Source of the DNA: Mobula hypostoma
Lineage: Eukaryota
NCBI RefSeq assembly: GCF_963921235.1
Contig: NC_086097.1
Coordinates: forward strand, 163,308,001 to 163,372,000
Direction: 5' to 3'
Length of the DNA stretch: 64,000 bases
Shown here piece by piece: positions 53,143 to 64,000 of the stretch. The notes beneath the pieces were generated by a model. The model was not told the DNA's origin, did no database searches, and saw only the letters and a list, made by a program, of their open reading frames with translations. A program made the translations under genes and the position numbers. Numbering within the stretch: the stretch's first letter is position 1; each line of letters opens with the position of its first letter.

Positions 53143-54605
53143 AGATTCACTCTCCCCTTCGCTTAGAACCCTCTTAGCTCGCTGTCCCTTCTCAATATCT
53201 ACTTAATAGTTTTCTTCAGACAAGTTGAAGTTTAACCTGGTCTTGTCACTCAGACAAAAAAAAGTGTGCATTGGATGGGACAAACACAGTAACAGATGAG
53301 GCATTACTTAAGGAATCAGCCCTTAGACTTAACTTTCATTCTTCCTGCTTATGTATTCTTTTCTTCTTCATTGAGTCAATTCTTTTATTGTGGTACAGTT
53401 CCAAACATACCGGCCGTATCTCATCTGACGTCTGTTCCAGTGATTCATCCGTAGTGGAGATGTTCTGGGTGTATGGATTCCAAATGGATCAGGGTGCATT
53501 TTTACAAATAAATCTATTAGACTCAGTAATCTTAGTCATGTTTTTTATTTGGACACTATTGACTTTTCAGGCAGTTGAACTGTTTACAGGTCATATCAAA
53601 TCTCATTTTGTTCTGGAGTGAGTATTTGGGCCCCACCTCTCATTGCATTGGTGCAAAGTTCATATGGATATACTGCTCACTGGGAGCAAATCAAGGAGTA
53701 CTGGCCATGTCTCCAGCAACCTGTGATCCTTCTTTGTTGAGCACTTCCAAATTTAGCCGTGCACAATATTCATGCACCTTCTGTCACTTTGAAAGCCCCA
53801 CAGATGTTCTACCAGCTTTGTGGAACTGCATCAAATATTCATTTTGTTGCTTTATATATTGAAAATCAGACAGTTGGGAGGTATTTGTACTATAACTTTA
53901 GCACAAGTACGTACAGAAAGGAAGAAATGTTTCAGAAGGAAAGAAATACTTGATCTTATAATATGCCTTATCATACCTCTCAGACATTTACCTGTTAGGG
54001 TCTCCAAACAACCATGAGATAAATATAATTAGGTCATTGTATGCATGATGTTAGTTGATGGATACGTCTTAGCCAAATGTACTAGAATTGCCCTGTTAAG
54101 TTTTAATGTTGATATGACTGCTTTTATGTTAAGCTACCAGAGAATAATTGGCAATAATATGACATAAAATCTGAAAATCAGACTTCTGTCAGTAAATTAC
54201 CCTTCTATATTAATCTGATGTGTTTAAGTCAAATCAAATCAAAAAGGAAATTACCTTGTCTTTGTGATTCTGCCTGCATTCCTTCCTTCCATTTGAAGTT
54301 AATGGATCTGATGAATTGTATGAGTGGGCAGCTTTTCCAGAGTAAGTACTAAACATGTGCAGAGACTTGTGCGCCCCCACTCAATTTCATAAGGAACTCA
54401 GGGATGATTCAATGAACTAAGTTTCGGACCTTTGACCAATGATCGGTAGGGTTCCACTCAACCAACACTGAAATCTTGGTTTGAAAGTGTGAATGAGATC
54501 ATAAAATCATTGAGTAATACAGCACAGAAACAGGCCCTTCATCAACTCATCCATGCTGACCAAAATATCACCTAACTCCCCTTTAACCGCATTTGGTTTC
54601 TAAAC

Positions 54606-54692
54606 AAGGGGCTCCCAACGTTTTTTATGCCATGGACCCCTTTCATTAACCAAGATGGGAACCCCTTTCATTAACCAGGATGGGAACTCCTG
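54606..54692. mobile_element. 87-bp hAT-Charlie-type MITE
   Basis: Exact 8-bp TSD TTCTAAAC on both sides, AGGGGCTCCCAAC...GGGAACTCCTG termini. Confidence 0.8.
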
Positions 54693-55151
54693 TTCTAAAC
54701 CTTTTTTAGCCGTATATGTGTCCAAATATCTTTTAAATGTCATTGTATCCTACTCACCACTTCTTCTGGAAGCTTGTTTCATATACACACCACCCATTGC
54801 ATGAAGAAGTTGCCTCTTTTTGGTTCCATTTAAATCTTTCCCCTCATCCCAAATTTATGCCCTTCAATTTTGTTCCCTTGACTCTGCATTCACCCTTTGT
54901 ATGCCCTTGTGATTTTATATATCTCTATGGGGACTTATAAAATATACTCCATGTTGTGACTGATTGAAGTCATTGGAGAGACACTGAAACTGGTGATGCA
55001 GAAGTCTTTTTCCATTTCAACAAGAAGGCATCTTTCTGGGGACACTCTCAGTAAAGACCCACTAACCCAAAACCACATCACATTTTTATACCCTTGAGAT
55101 CAAAGATAACAGCAGATGATTCAATACAATATAAATAGCTATAATGATATA

Positions 55152-55776
55152 CGAGGGGTAATTGATAAGTTCGTGGCCTCAGGTAGAAGGAGTCAATTTT
55201 AGAAAACCTAGCACATTTATTTTTTAACATAGTCCCCTCCTACATGTACACACTTATTCCAGCGGTCGTGGAGCATACGGATCCTTTCTTTGTAGAAGTG
55301 GTCCCAGCAGGGGTGATTGATAAGTTCGTGGCCTAGGGTAGAAGGAGATGAGTTATTAACTTCAAACTTTCTGCATTATCATTCAAAGAGCTGAGCTGCA
55401 CGTGCATATAATGAGAGCTTCTTGGACCTCCAGGTGGTCCACAGCTGGGGTGATTGATAAGTTTGTGGCCTAAGGTAGAAGGAGATGAGTTATAGAGCTC
55501 TTGTTACATGCACGTGCAGTTCAACTCTGAGTGAAAATGCAGAAAGTTTGAAGTTAATACTGTAACTCATCTCCTTTTACCTTACGCCATGAACCTATCA
55601 ATCACCTCTGCTGTGGACCAGTTCTAGAGGTCCAAGACACTGACTTCTACAAAGAAGGGATCCGTATGCTCTACGATTGCTGGACTAAGTGTGTAAATGT
55701 AGGAAAAATAAATGTGCTAGGTTTTCTAAAATTGACTCCTCCTACCTTAGGCCACAAACTTATCAATCACCCACCA
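55152..55776. mobile_element. Mariner-derived palindromic MITE
   Basis: TA-flanked, CGAGGGGTRATTGATAAGT termini. Both arms carry the transposase C-terminus FYKE(R/G)IRMLHDRWxKCVxVGGDYV. Confidence 0.85.
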
Positions 55777-56339
55777 TAGTTTACTTCAATATTTTGGGGT
55801 GACCATGCATCCTACAATGGAGACACCTCTGAATGTTCAAACACTCAGGCTACATCCACACTAGACCGGATAATTTTGAAAATGCCGGTTTCGAGTAAAA
55901 ACGACAGGCGTCCACACTAGGTGTTTTTCAAAATATCTCTGTCCACACTAAAACAGATATTTGGGCGAATCTCCTCCTACTGGGCATGCACAGACACATC
56001 TACAGAAAACAAGCGAAGAGGAAACGGTATAATATTTACATTTCCACGGCGGCGTTGTGTTATTTCCATTGGTCAAAAACTAGAGTACTTACAACAACAG
56101 CGAAAGAAAGTTTTCAAAAGTGTCTTTGAGGAATACAAAGAAAACCTCCGCTGGAGAAAGCAGACCGGACTTCTTCGTTTAGACAGACAATGAAGTCGAG
56201 CTGTTTCTGCAAGCTACAAACGACTACAAAGTCAGCAAAGCAGTGGAGATGTTTAATTCCAAACAAGCCATTAATGTAGACAATAAAGTAAACAACACAC
56301 GCATGAAGCCGTCCTCTACCCAAGATCAACATTGTCAAC

Positions 56340-56657
56340 AATTACAAAATGTTAAATAGTCAGCTCGACATAGACTACCAATCCCACATCAAACCCAAAC
56401 CTATTAGGAGCAGAAGAGGGCACTCAACTCAATTTGAAATACTAACTACCAAGTCAGATGCGCACAGCAATTCATTTTCCCCCCGCACAATTAAAGCATG
56501 GATTAATCTTAACCCTAACACAGTCACACAACCAAACCCAATTAAATTTAAGACAGCTTTTCTTCTTCAAAAATCTCCTTCTTAAGCCCACCCTCCGCCA
56601 CCTCCAGTTTAAATTCCATGCGGAATATTTTGGAGGATCAAGAACCAAGAACCAAGA
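56340..56657 (+). mobile_element. LINE 3' fragment (CR1/L2-group) nested in Harbinger copy 2
   Basis: YKMLN...RSRRGHS...NSFSPRTIKAWINL and a (CCAAGAA)n tail. Confidence 0.75.
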
Positions 56658-56812
56658 GAGTGGAAGCTACTGCCGCCAGACCTGTGCAGTATTTCTGACA
56701 TGAATATTTTTAAAGTTAGATTCAATCAAATCAATTTAGGGGATCTAGTCAAAAAAGCTCACTTTACAATTTAACTCTCACGCTGTTCACACCAACTGTG
56801 CGTTATAACAGC

Positions 56813-57023
56813 GGTGGTCGATCAGCGACAGTGCTGGCTTGGAGACCCCGGGGTACAGAAGATCGAGGGTGCAACCACCGCAGACTGGGAGACCGGAGGG
56901 TACAGGCAGAAGAGCAGAGGATGCAAACAGAGAAACCGAGGGGACCAGCTTGAAAACCACCTCCAGTTTAAATTCCATGCAGAATATTTTGGAAGATCAA
57001 GAACCAAGAACCCAAGAACCAAG
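56813..57023 (+). mobile_element. 211-bp bipartite retroposon sharing the 3' end of the neighbouring LINE fragment
   Basis: Absent at the homologous site of Harbinger copy 1 (~37140). TSD AACAGC at 56807-56812 and 57024-57029. The last ~65 bp match 56598-56657. Confidence 0.8.
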
Positions 57024-59154
57024 AACAGCCGTCCGGCAGTGCTTGTGCAGTCCCAAGCAGAAGCAGAAAAAGCATTGTTGTTGTGGTGTTGTCATGACAA
57101 CGTTTTTAAATCTCTCCGTTTACCCCGTCCACACTACAACGCGAAACAATCATTTTCAAATTTACACACTCCGGAGGGTGTTTTCGAAAATCTCCATTTT
57201 CCGGAGATGAAAACGCTGTTTCAGTGTGGACGTAAGGTCAAAACGAAGAGAAAAAGCTTCGTTTTCAAAATTATCCGGCGTGGTGTAAACGTAGCCTCAA
57301 AGCTCCTCAAGTCAGACAGCCAGACAGCCAGAATTAATGTTGTCTCTGAGAACACAAAACCTATTGTTTGATGATACTTGTGACAATGTTTGATATGCTA
57401 AGTGACAACAGCAGTCTGGTTTGCCAGTCTGAACAAGTCACAGTGGTGCAAATAACTTAGCCCATGTTGCCTGGTTTGATGCAGGCCAAGTAATACAACC
57501 CCATTGACTTACTGTTTCACTCATGCATATACAAACATTTCCTGTTCACCATTTTGCAAACCATATATCTTAGAGTGTGGACTTTTAACTTAAGTTTACT
57601 GCTTGTAATTTACAATCCATATTAAGAAATGAAGACTTGCTCTTGTTTGAATTAATATCTGCTATATTCACTTAACTGCAGAATACTTCCTAACACACCA
57701 TTCTCCCCTAGATAGCTCTGTTGAATTAAAAAGCACAGATCAGGGAGAATTCCAACTTCATCAAGTATCCAGTGCCATGATGGTGATAATTGATGGCAAA
57801 ACCTCTGGGTAAGGGAGGCATACCAGCTGTCAGTCTTGCCTCTGTATGTTTAACAATATTTGAATTGTGTGTATGGACATCCAGGGACGATAGAACAAGG
57901 CTTCAGTGTAATGGCCCCACAGCTGACTTCAGCATCACAGCAACCAGTATCCATGGAAATGAAAAGGTTGAAACAATGATGTCATGAAAATAATTAAGAA
58001 GAATAAAAAAAATTACATCATCAATGCACACAAACTGGTTAGTCACATTAGTTTGCCATGGAGAGCTGGAGAATATTATGAAACAAAGAAATGAGTGTAT
58101 GATGCATGTCAGGTGAACAATTCAAGTGAGATCTGGGCTGAATATAGGAAGCTGACAGCAGAGGTGAAAAGGAAAAAAAATGACAGGCAAAAAAAAAATG
58201 AGAATAGCATTGCAGTTAACATAAAAAGGAGCTCAAAAGTTTTCTGCAAGCATCTGGATGTGAATACTAACCAGTTGTTAAAGGAGGAATGCATTCAATT
58301 AGTGACCAGTTCTATGAACGGAGGTGGAAAATGGGGCTGAAATAGTTAATGTTCTATCAATCCTGTCAGTATCTTGATAGAGGCATGGGTAATGGAACTC
58401 ATAAAAGAGGTGCAAATTGATAATAAGGTGGAGTTAGAAAGATGGCCACACTTAAAGGTAATTAAGTAAATTGGCTGATCTGGATGGGATGATTCCAAGA
58501 TTGCTGAGGAGAGTCAGGTGGAGATCACAAAAGGATTTACCATGAGCGTGAGCTCCCCAGATAGTGGAGGTGGTGCAAGACTGAAAAATGGGAAGCATAA
58601 TTTTGTTGTTGCCATCAAAGAGGTAAGAAAGTGCCAGGCAACTGCAGGCCTGTTAGTTTTACTCTGTTGTGGTAACTAGGTGTTTAGGTTAATAGTAGAG
58701 TGGGGATTCCAGAATATGGAGCAGCAAAATAAATGCTGGAGGAACTCAACAGGTCAGGCAGCATCTGTGGAGAAGTGGCTGATATTTTGGGTCAAGGCTC
58801 TTCAGTTAAACTGAAAAAGAAGAAATAGATAATTCCTCCACTGTTTTATGTACATTAACAAGTGCTTACAGAAACTTGTATTGATCTGTTAAAGTGATTG
58901 TTCTCAATGTGAGCCTCAGAAGGAATTTGTAGTGGCCTCAAGTAAAGAAAACAAGAAATGGGGGGGCCACAAGAGATTCTGAATGGGCTATTTGTGGTAA
59001 GTTTACTGTTTCAAAGAAGCATTACTAAAATATGTGTAGGTAAAATATATAAATAAAAATGAATATGTAATTTGATTGAAACCCTGAATGAAATGAATGG
59101 GAAAAATATGCTAGATGATGCAAAACAAGGCAGCAAAACAGCTTTGTATGAGGG

Positions 59155-60305
59155 TAACACACATAACTATTGCTGGTGAATGCAGCAGGCTAGGCAGCAT
59201 CTATAGGAAGAGGCACAGTTGATGTTTTGGGCTGAGACCCTTTGTCAGGACTATCTGAAAGAAGAGCTAGAAGAGATTTGAAAGGGGGAGGGGGAGATCT
59301 GAAATGATAGAAGACAGGAGGGGGAGGGATGGAGTTAAGAACTGGAAAGTTGATTGGCAAAAGGGATATGAGAGGATCAGGGGATGGGAGGCCAAGGGAG
59401 AAAGAAAGGGGGAGGGGGAAGCCCAGAGAATGGGCAAGGAGTATAGTGAGAGGGACAGAGGGAGAAATAGGAGGAAGAGAAAAAAAATTAATAATAATAA
59501 ATAAATAACGGATGGTGTACGAAGGGGAGGTGGGGCATTAACGGAAGTTAGAGAAGTCAATGTTCATGCCATCAGGTTGGAGGCTACCCAGACGGAATAT
59601 AAGGTGTTGTTTCTCCAACCTGAGTGTGGCTTAATCTTTACAGTAGAGGAGGCCGTGGATAGACAGATGGGAATGGGACGTGGAATTAAAATGTGTGGCC
59701 ACTGGGAGATCCTGCTTTCTCTGGCGGACAGAGCATAGGTGTTGAGTGAAACGGTCTCCCAGTCTGCGTCAGGTCTTGCCAATTTATAGAAGGCCGCATC
59801 GGGACCACCAGACGCAGTATATCACCCCAGCCAACTCACAGGTGAGGTGTCGCCTCACCTGGAAGGATTGTCTGGGGCCCTGAATGGTGGTGAGGGAGGA
59901 AGCGTAAGGGTATGTGTGGCACTTGTACTGTCTTCCAGGAGAGGTGACACTTCACCTGTGAGTTGGCTGGGGTGATATACTGTTCCTGATGCGGACTTCT
60001 ATATATTGGCAAGACCTGACGCAGGCTGGGAGACCGTTTCGCTGAACACCTGCACTCTGTCTGCCAGAGAAAGCAGGATTTCCCAGTGGCCACACATTTT
60101 AATTCCATGTCCCATTCCCATTCTGATATGTTTGTCCATGGCCTCCTCTACTGTCAAGATGAAGTCACACTCAGGTTGGAAGAACAACGCCTTATATTCC
60201 GTCTGGGTAGCCTCCAACCTGATGGCATGAACATTGACTTCTCTAACTTCTGTTTAGCTCTGGCCTGCTGCGTTCACCAGCAATTTTTATGTGTGTTGCT
60301 TGAAA
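59155..60305. mobile_element. Penelope-like element: two inverted GIY-YIG 3' fragments plus pseudo-LTR
   Basis: Plus strand reads YIGKT*RRLGDRFAEHL...VATHFN...LEEQRLIFRLGSLQPDGMNIDFSNF at ~60000-60250. Reverse-complement copy at 59539-59868. Confidence 0.88.
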
Positions 60306-62527
60306 TGCCAGCATCTGCAGATTTCCTTGTGTTTGTATGATGGTGGTTGCAGTCTGCAGAACAACCCCGCTGCACACTGATCTGGAGATGCATATCCAGC
60401 TTGGGTGGTGGATCCATTTGGGGTGAATGTGAGTGATATTGACACCACATTGCAAGAATGTTTTGCTGAGCTGCAGACTGATAGAACAGCTCAATGAAAT
60501 TTCAAAGGCAGCAAGCAAAATTCTTGGATAACTAGTGACAATCAAAATGAGTTTCCACAGATCTGCGAGAAAGCAAAGCTGTTTTTAATTGGTTTTCCTA
60601 CCTCTTGATAATTGAATCTCATTTTAGTCAAATTCTTCACCTGCTATCAAAAACTTGTAATTGTCTTGATATTGTGAAAAGAGATTATCTTTAACCAAGT
60701 TGCAACCAGATATTCAAAAATTTGCTAGTTTCTATCAGTTGTAAGGATCTCACTAAGTACCAAAAGTAACAACATTAAGAGCTTTATTTTTTGTTGGTTG
60801 GAAGCAAATTTACTTACAATAATATGTATTATTCAGAGCTTTGAAACAGTTCATTTTAATATACACATGTGACGTATTCAACATATAATACCTATAACCC
60901 GTTAAGCCATAAGTTGACTGTGTATTAGAATGGTTGGTATTGTTGACAAAAAACTCTAGTGGGTGGGGCTACAAAGGCAAATGAAAGTCACAAGTGGGCT
61001 ACAAGCAGGAAAAAAGCTGAGAACCATTGTGTTAATGGCCAGTCATGTCTGAACATATTGTTTTTTTTGGTGCGATAATAGAAGTTGATGAAAGTGGATG
61101 ATGTCAGAATCGATTTTTAGAAGATATTTGGCAATATCCTGCATGAAAACTACTTGGGGGGGGGGTGGGGGGAGGAAATAACTTTCAAGGAGAAGTGGCA
61201 GCAAAGTAGTATGACAGTAAGAAAGTTTGAATGAGCTAGGGCTTTCCTCCTTTGGAGCAAAGGAGAATGAGAGAAAACTTGGAGGTAAAAGATTGTAAGA
61301 AGTGGAGATAAGGTGCTGGCTGCCCACTATCGACAGGGCACCAATGGCTAATAGCAGAGAACATCCTTTTGAGGTGAGTGGAGGGAAGTTTAAGGGAGAT
61401 GTCAGAAGTTTTCCTTAATACAGAGTGTTAAGTTACTGGAGTTTGCTGATGGAGGTGGTAGTAGAGGCTGATACTTCAGGGACACTTAAGAAATTCTAGT
61501 ATACGTAAAAGATGAAAGTAAAATGGAGGGTTCTGGGCTATGTAGGAGGGAGGGGTTGTGTCGTTTGTGTGGTAGGTTAAAAGACTGGCACAACATTGTG
61601 GCTGAAAGGCCCATAGAGTTCTGTTCTATCTTCAAGACTGAAGGGCAGAAAGCCATGAATTGTGGAGGATGGATGATAAAGGTTCTCGGGGTTCAGTGCC
61701 AGGACAATTGTATTTGCTTTGATAAATATCATTGAGTTGTATGTGAAAGCATGAGATAATGTCTGAAAGCTTGTGAATGACAGTGTCTGGAGGGATGGTA
61801 GAGCATTAGACTGAACTGGAAGAGGACATAATAGATGGACAAATGGTGTATGAAATGAACAGAAAAGCCAAGTGATACGTAAGGAGAGAGAGTGTAAGCT
61901 AAATGCTACTGTTCTGAAGGGTCTTCATCTTTTAAAGAGGCAAGTCTTATTGAAAGAGGGGTTAGTAGGCAAATGGGATCCTTAGCATCATAAGTAAACA
62001 TGGAAAACAAACAATGGCTATATTGAACCATTAGAAATTACCACCTGGACAGCAACCAACTAGTGTGTTTTTAAAAATAAAAAAATAATAATTCTGGTTA
62101 CCTTGGAAGGATGAGAAGAGCAAGAATGGTTGCTACAACTTTTCTGGGGTTGAAAAAATTTCGCTACAAGTGAAGTCTCTTGCTCAGACAAATATTTGAA
62201 AGAGCGAAACTCTGATCTTGCACCTTCAATATTGGTGGTGTCAGATTGGCAAATTTTCTGGATTATTGCCACTCAATGCTCGCTGTTATTCACTGGAATC
62301 TAGTAATTCATGTAACCATGGCATTAATCAATGAAAATCAAAGCTACTGTTCAAAGTTAAGCTGTCACCTTAAGCTGTCTAGATAAGAATAAGTTCAATG
62401 ACTTCATAAATTTACTGATCCTAGAAACCACATATTAAAAGTGAGGGACAAAGACTTTGAAATTAAGACACATGGTAGGATTAATCAAATCTTTCCACCT
62501 GTTTTGAAATAAAAATTTCTATTAGCT

Positions 62528-63008
62528 ATACTTGGTCACCTTTTTAGGTGTACCTGTACACCTCGTTAATACAAACATCTAAACGTGCATAAAAGCATGC
62601 CAAAATGGTCAGGAGATTCAGTTGTTCAGACTAAACATCAGAAAGGGGAAGAAATGTGATCTAAATGACTTTGACTGTGGAATGATTGTTGGTGCCAGAT
62701 GGTGTGGTTGGAGTATCTCAAGCTGCCGATCTCCCGGGATTTTCAAGCACAACTGTCTAAGGTTTACAGATAATGGTGCAAAAATAACCAGTGAGTGACA
62801 ACTCTGTGGGTGAAAATTCCTTGTTAATAGAGAGATCAGAGGAGAACAGCCAGATTGATTTAAGGTGACAGCAACTCAAATAACAACGTGTTACAACCAT
62901 GGTGGGTAGAATGCACAACATTTCAATCCTTGAAGTGGCTGGGCTACAGCACCAGAAGGTAGCATTGGGTTTTACTCATATACTTAATAAAGTAGCCACT
63001 GAGTGTAT
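62528..63008 (+). mobile_element. Tc1-like non-autonomous element (same family as 41620-42116)
   Basis: GGGAAGAAATGTGATCTAAATGACTTTGACTGTGGAATGATTGTTGGTGCC at ~62645-62697. Ends AATAAAGTAGCCACTGAGTGTATA. Confidence 0.8.
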
Positions 63009-64000
63009 ATACTCAGAAACCCAAAATAGCACCTGATTATCACTCCCTCATGCCAACTTAAATCAACCTGAAAGCTGTTTAACAAGGACACTGCTCTCGG
63101 ATAACCCCACTTTATTCTGTGGGATGAGTTGTGAAAGAAGAGTGTGGCTTCATTGATTCGGCTCTCCAGATACTTTGAGAGTGCTTTCTTTTGCTGAGGA
63201 GTTTTGATTTGATGACATTTTCAATGAGTTGCTTTTGCCTTGGTAAATTGCTTTTCTTTCTCTTGCTTTGATCTCTCCAGTCCCAACAATCTGTAACTAA
63301 TCAGCTTCCAGGTTTCTGCTATCGCTCAGTGTGAATTTTCTTCTGATATTTTGCTGAGAATCTTGCATCCAGTTAACAAGCAGTTGAACCTTAGGACCTT
63401 AATACATTTGGGGAATAGCTTGTAAACTCCACAGATTGCAAAGCTAATGAGTGATACTATGAGGCAAGTATGGCCACCAGTATCAAACATGCCCCGACAA
63501 TGAAGTTTCCCACTTAAGTTGCTCGATTCATTTCATCATGGTACTGAGCAAATTGATTTGTCATTTGGAAATGATACAACTCCAGCCTCAATTACATATC
63601 AAGGTTATTAAATGAAAGGCTTGCATCCAATCCTATGAACTGCTTTGTATTCCAGAGCTGAAGATCGTGGAATTACTCTTGAATGACTGTTGAATTATAG
63701 AGCTACATAAGTGAGTTCTGACTCCCCACCCCAGTGTTACAAACTTATTGATCAATAATTTTCTCTCTGTCAGCTTCCATATTGCTCAGGTCACATCCAG
63801 AGTATTACATTCATTTCTGGTCACCCCATTACAGGAAGGATGTGGAGAGGGTGAGGAAGGGGATGATGCCTGGCTCGGAGAGATTGAGAAGTATAGCATA
63901 TACAACATTATCTTTATCATTAGGTCAAAATGTGAAATATTGGAGGACATACATTTAAGGTGAGAGGAGTTTAGAAAGGAGCTGAGCGGGACAAATTTTT

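Larger units (their letters stand above)
55848..57296 (+). mobile_element. Non-autonomous PIF/Harbinger DNA transposon (copy 2) with Myb/SANT remnant and nested retroposons
   Basis: Same TIRs as 36361-37412, TSD TCA. Remnant FFV*TDNEVELFLQATNDYKVSK at ~56170-56245. Confidence 0.9.

Noticed and set aside
62060-62290. Possible hAT transposase remnant (ARSEFRSFKYL)
   Set aside because: Too short and diverged, with no matching TIR/TSD pair found.
1-64000. Remaining short ORFs (60-140 aa) as host genes
   Set aside because: No recognisable domains or consistent exon chain. Most overlap degenerate repeats or are random frames.

Overview
Eukaryotic, repeat-dense, apparently intronic or intergenic window. 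The repeat landscape (CR1/HER1-type LINEs with an esterase ORF1, HE1-like tRNA SINEs, Penelope and Rex1/Babar fragments) suggests a cartilaginous fish, probably a ray or skate (inference). No host protein-coding exon could be recognised. The main feature is a very young 4.95-kb LTR retroelement on the minus strand (42624-47574). It has two 846-bp LTRs in which I could see only 2 differences, a GCGG target duplication, a tRNA-Pro-like PBS and a PPT. Its single uninterrupted 995-aa ORF has intact Gmr1/SCAN-type Gag, zinc knuckle and protease, followed in frame by stumps of integrase and RT whose catalytic cores, and RNase H, have been deleted. It sits inside an older, unrelated solo LTR (GGAC TSD). 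Other features: a four-family LINE nest (Rex1 host containing a CR1-Zenon-like LINE and a near full-length RTE, which itself contains a HERO fragment), three larger CR1 copies, and two Harbinger deletion derivatives, one carrying a 211-bp bipartite retroposon. There are also mariner, Tc1 and hAT MITEs, an inverted Penelope pair, decayed minimal hammerhead motifs and a 42-bp C-rich minisatellite. Family assignments come from motif recognition only, with no database search, and boundaries of old repeats are approximate.
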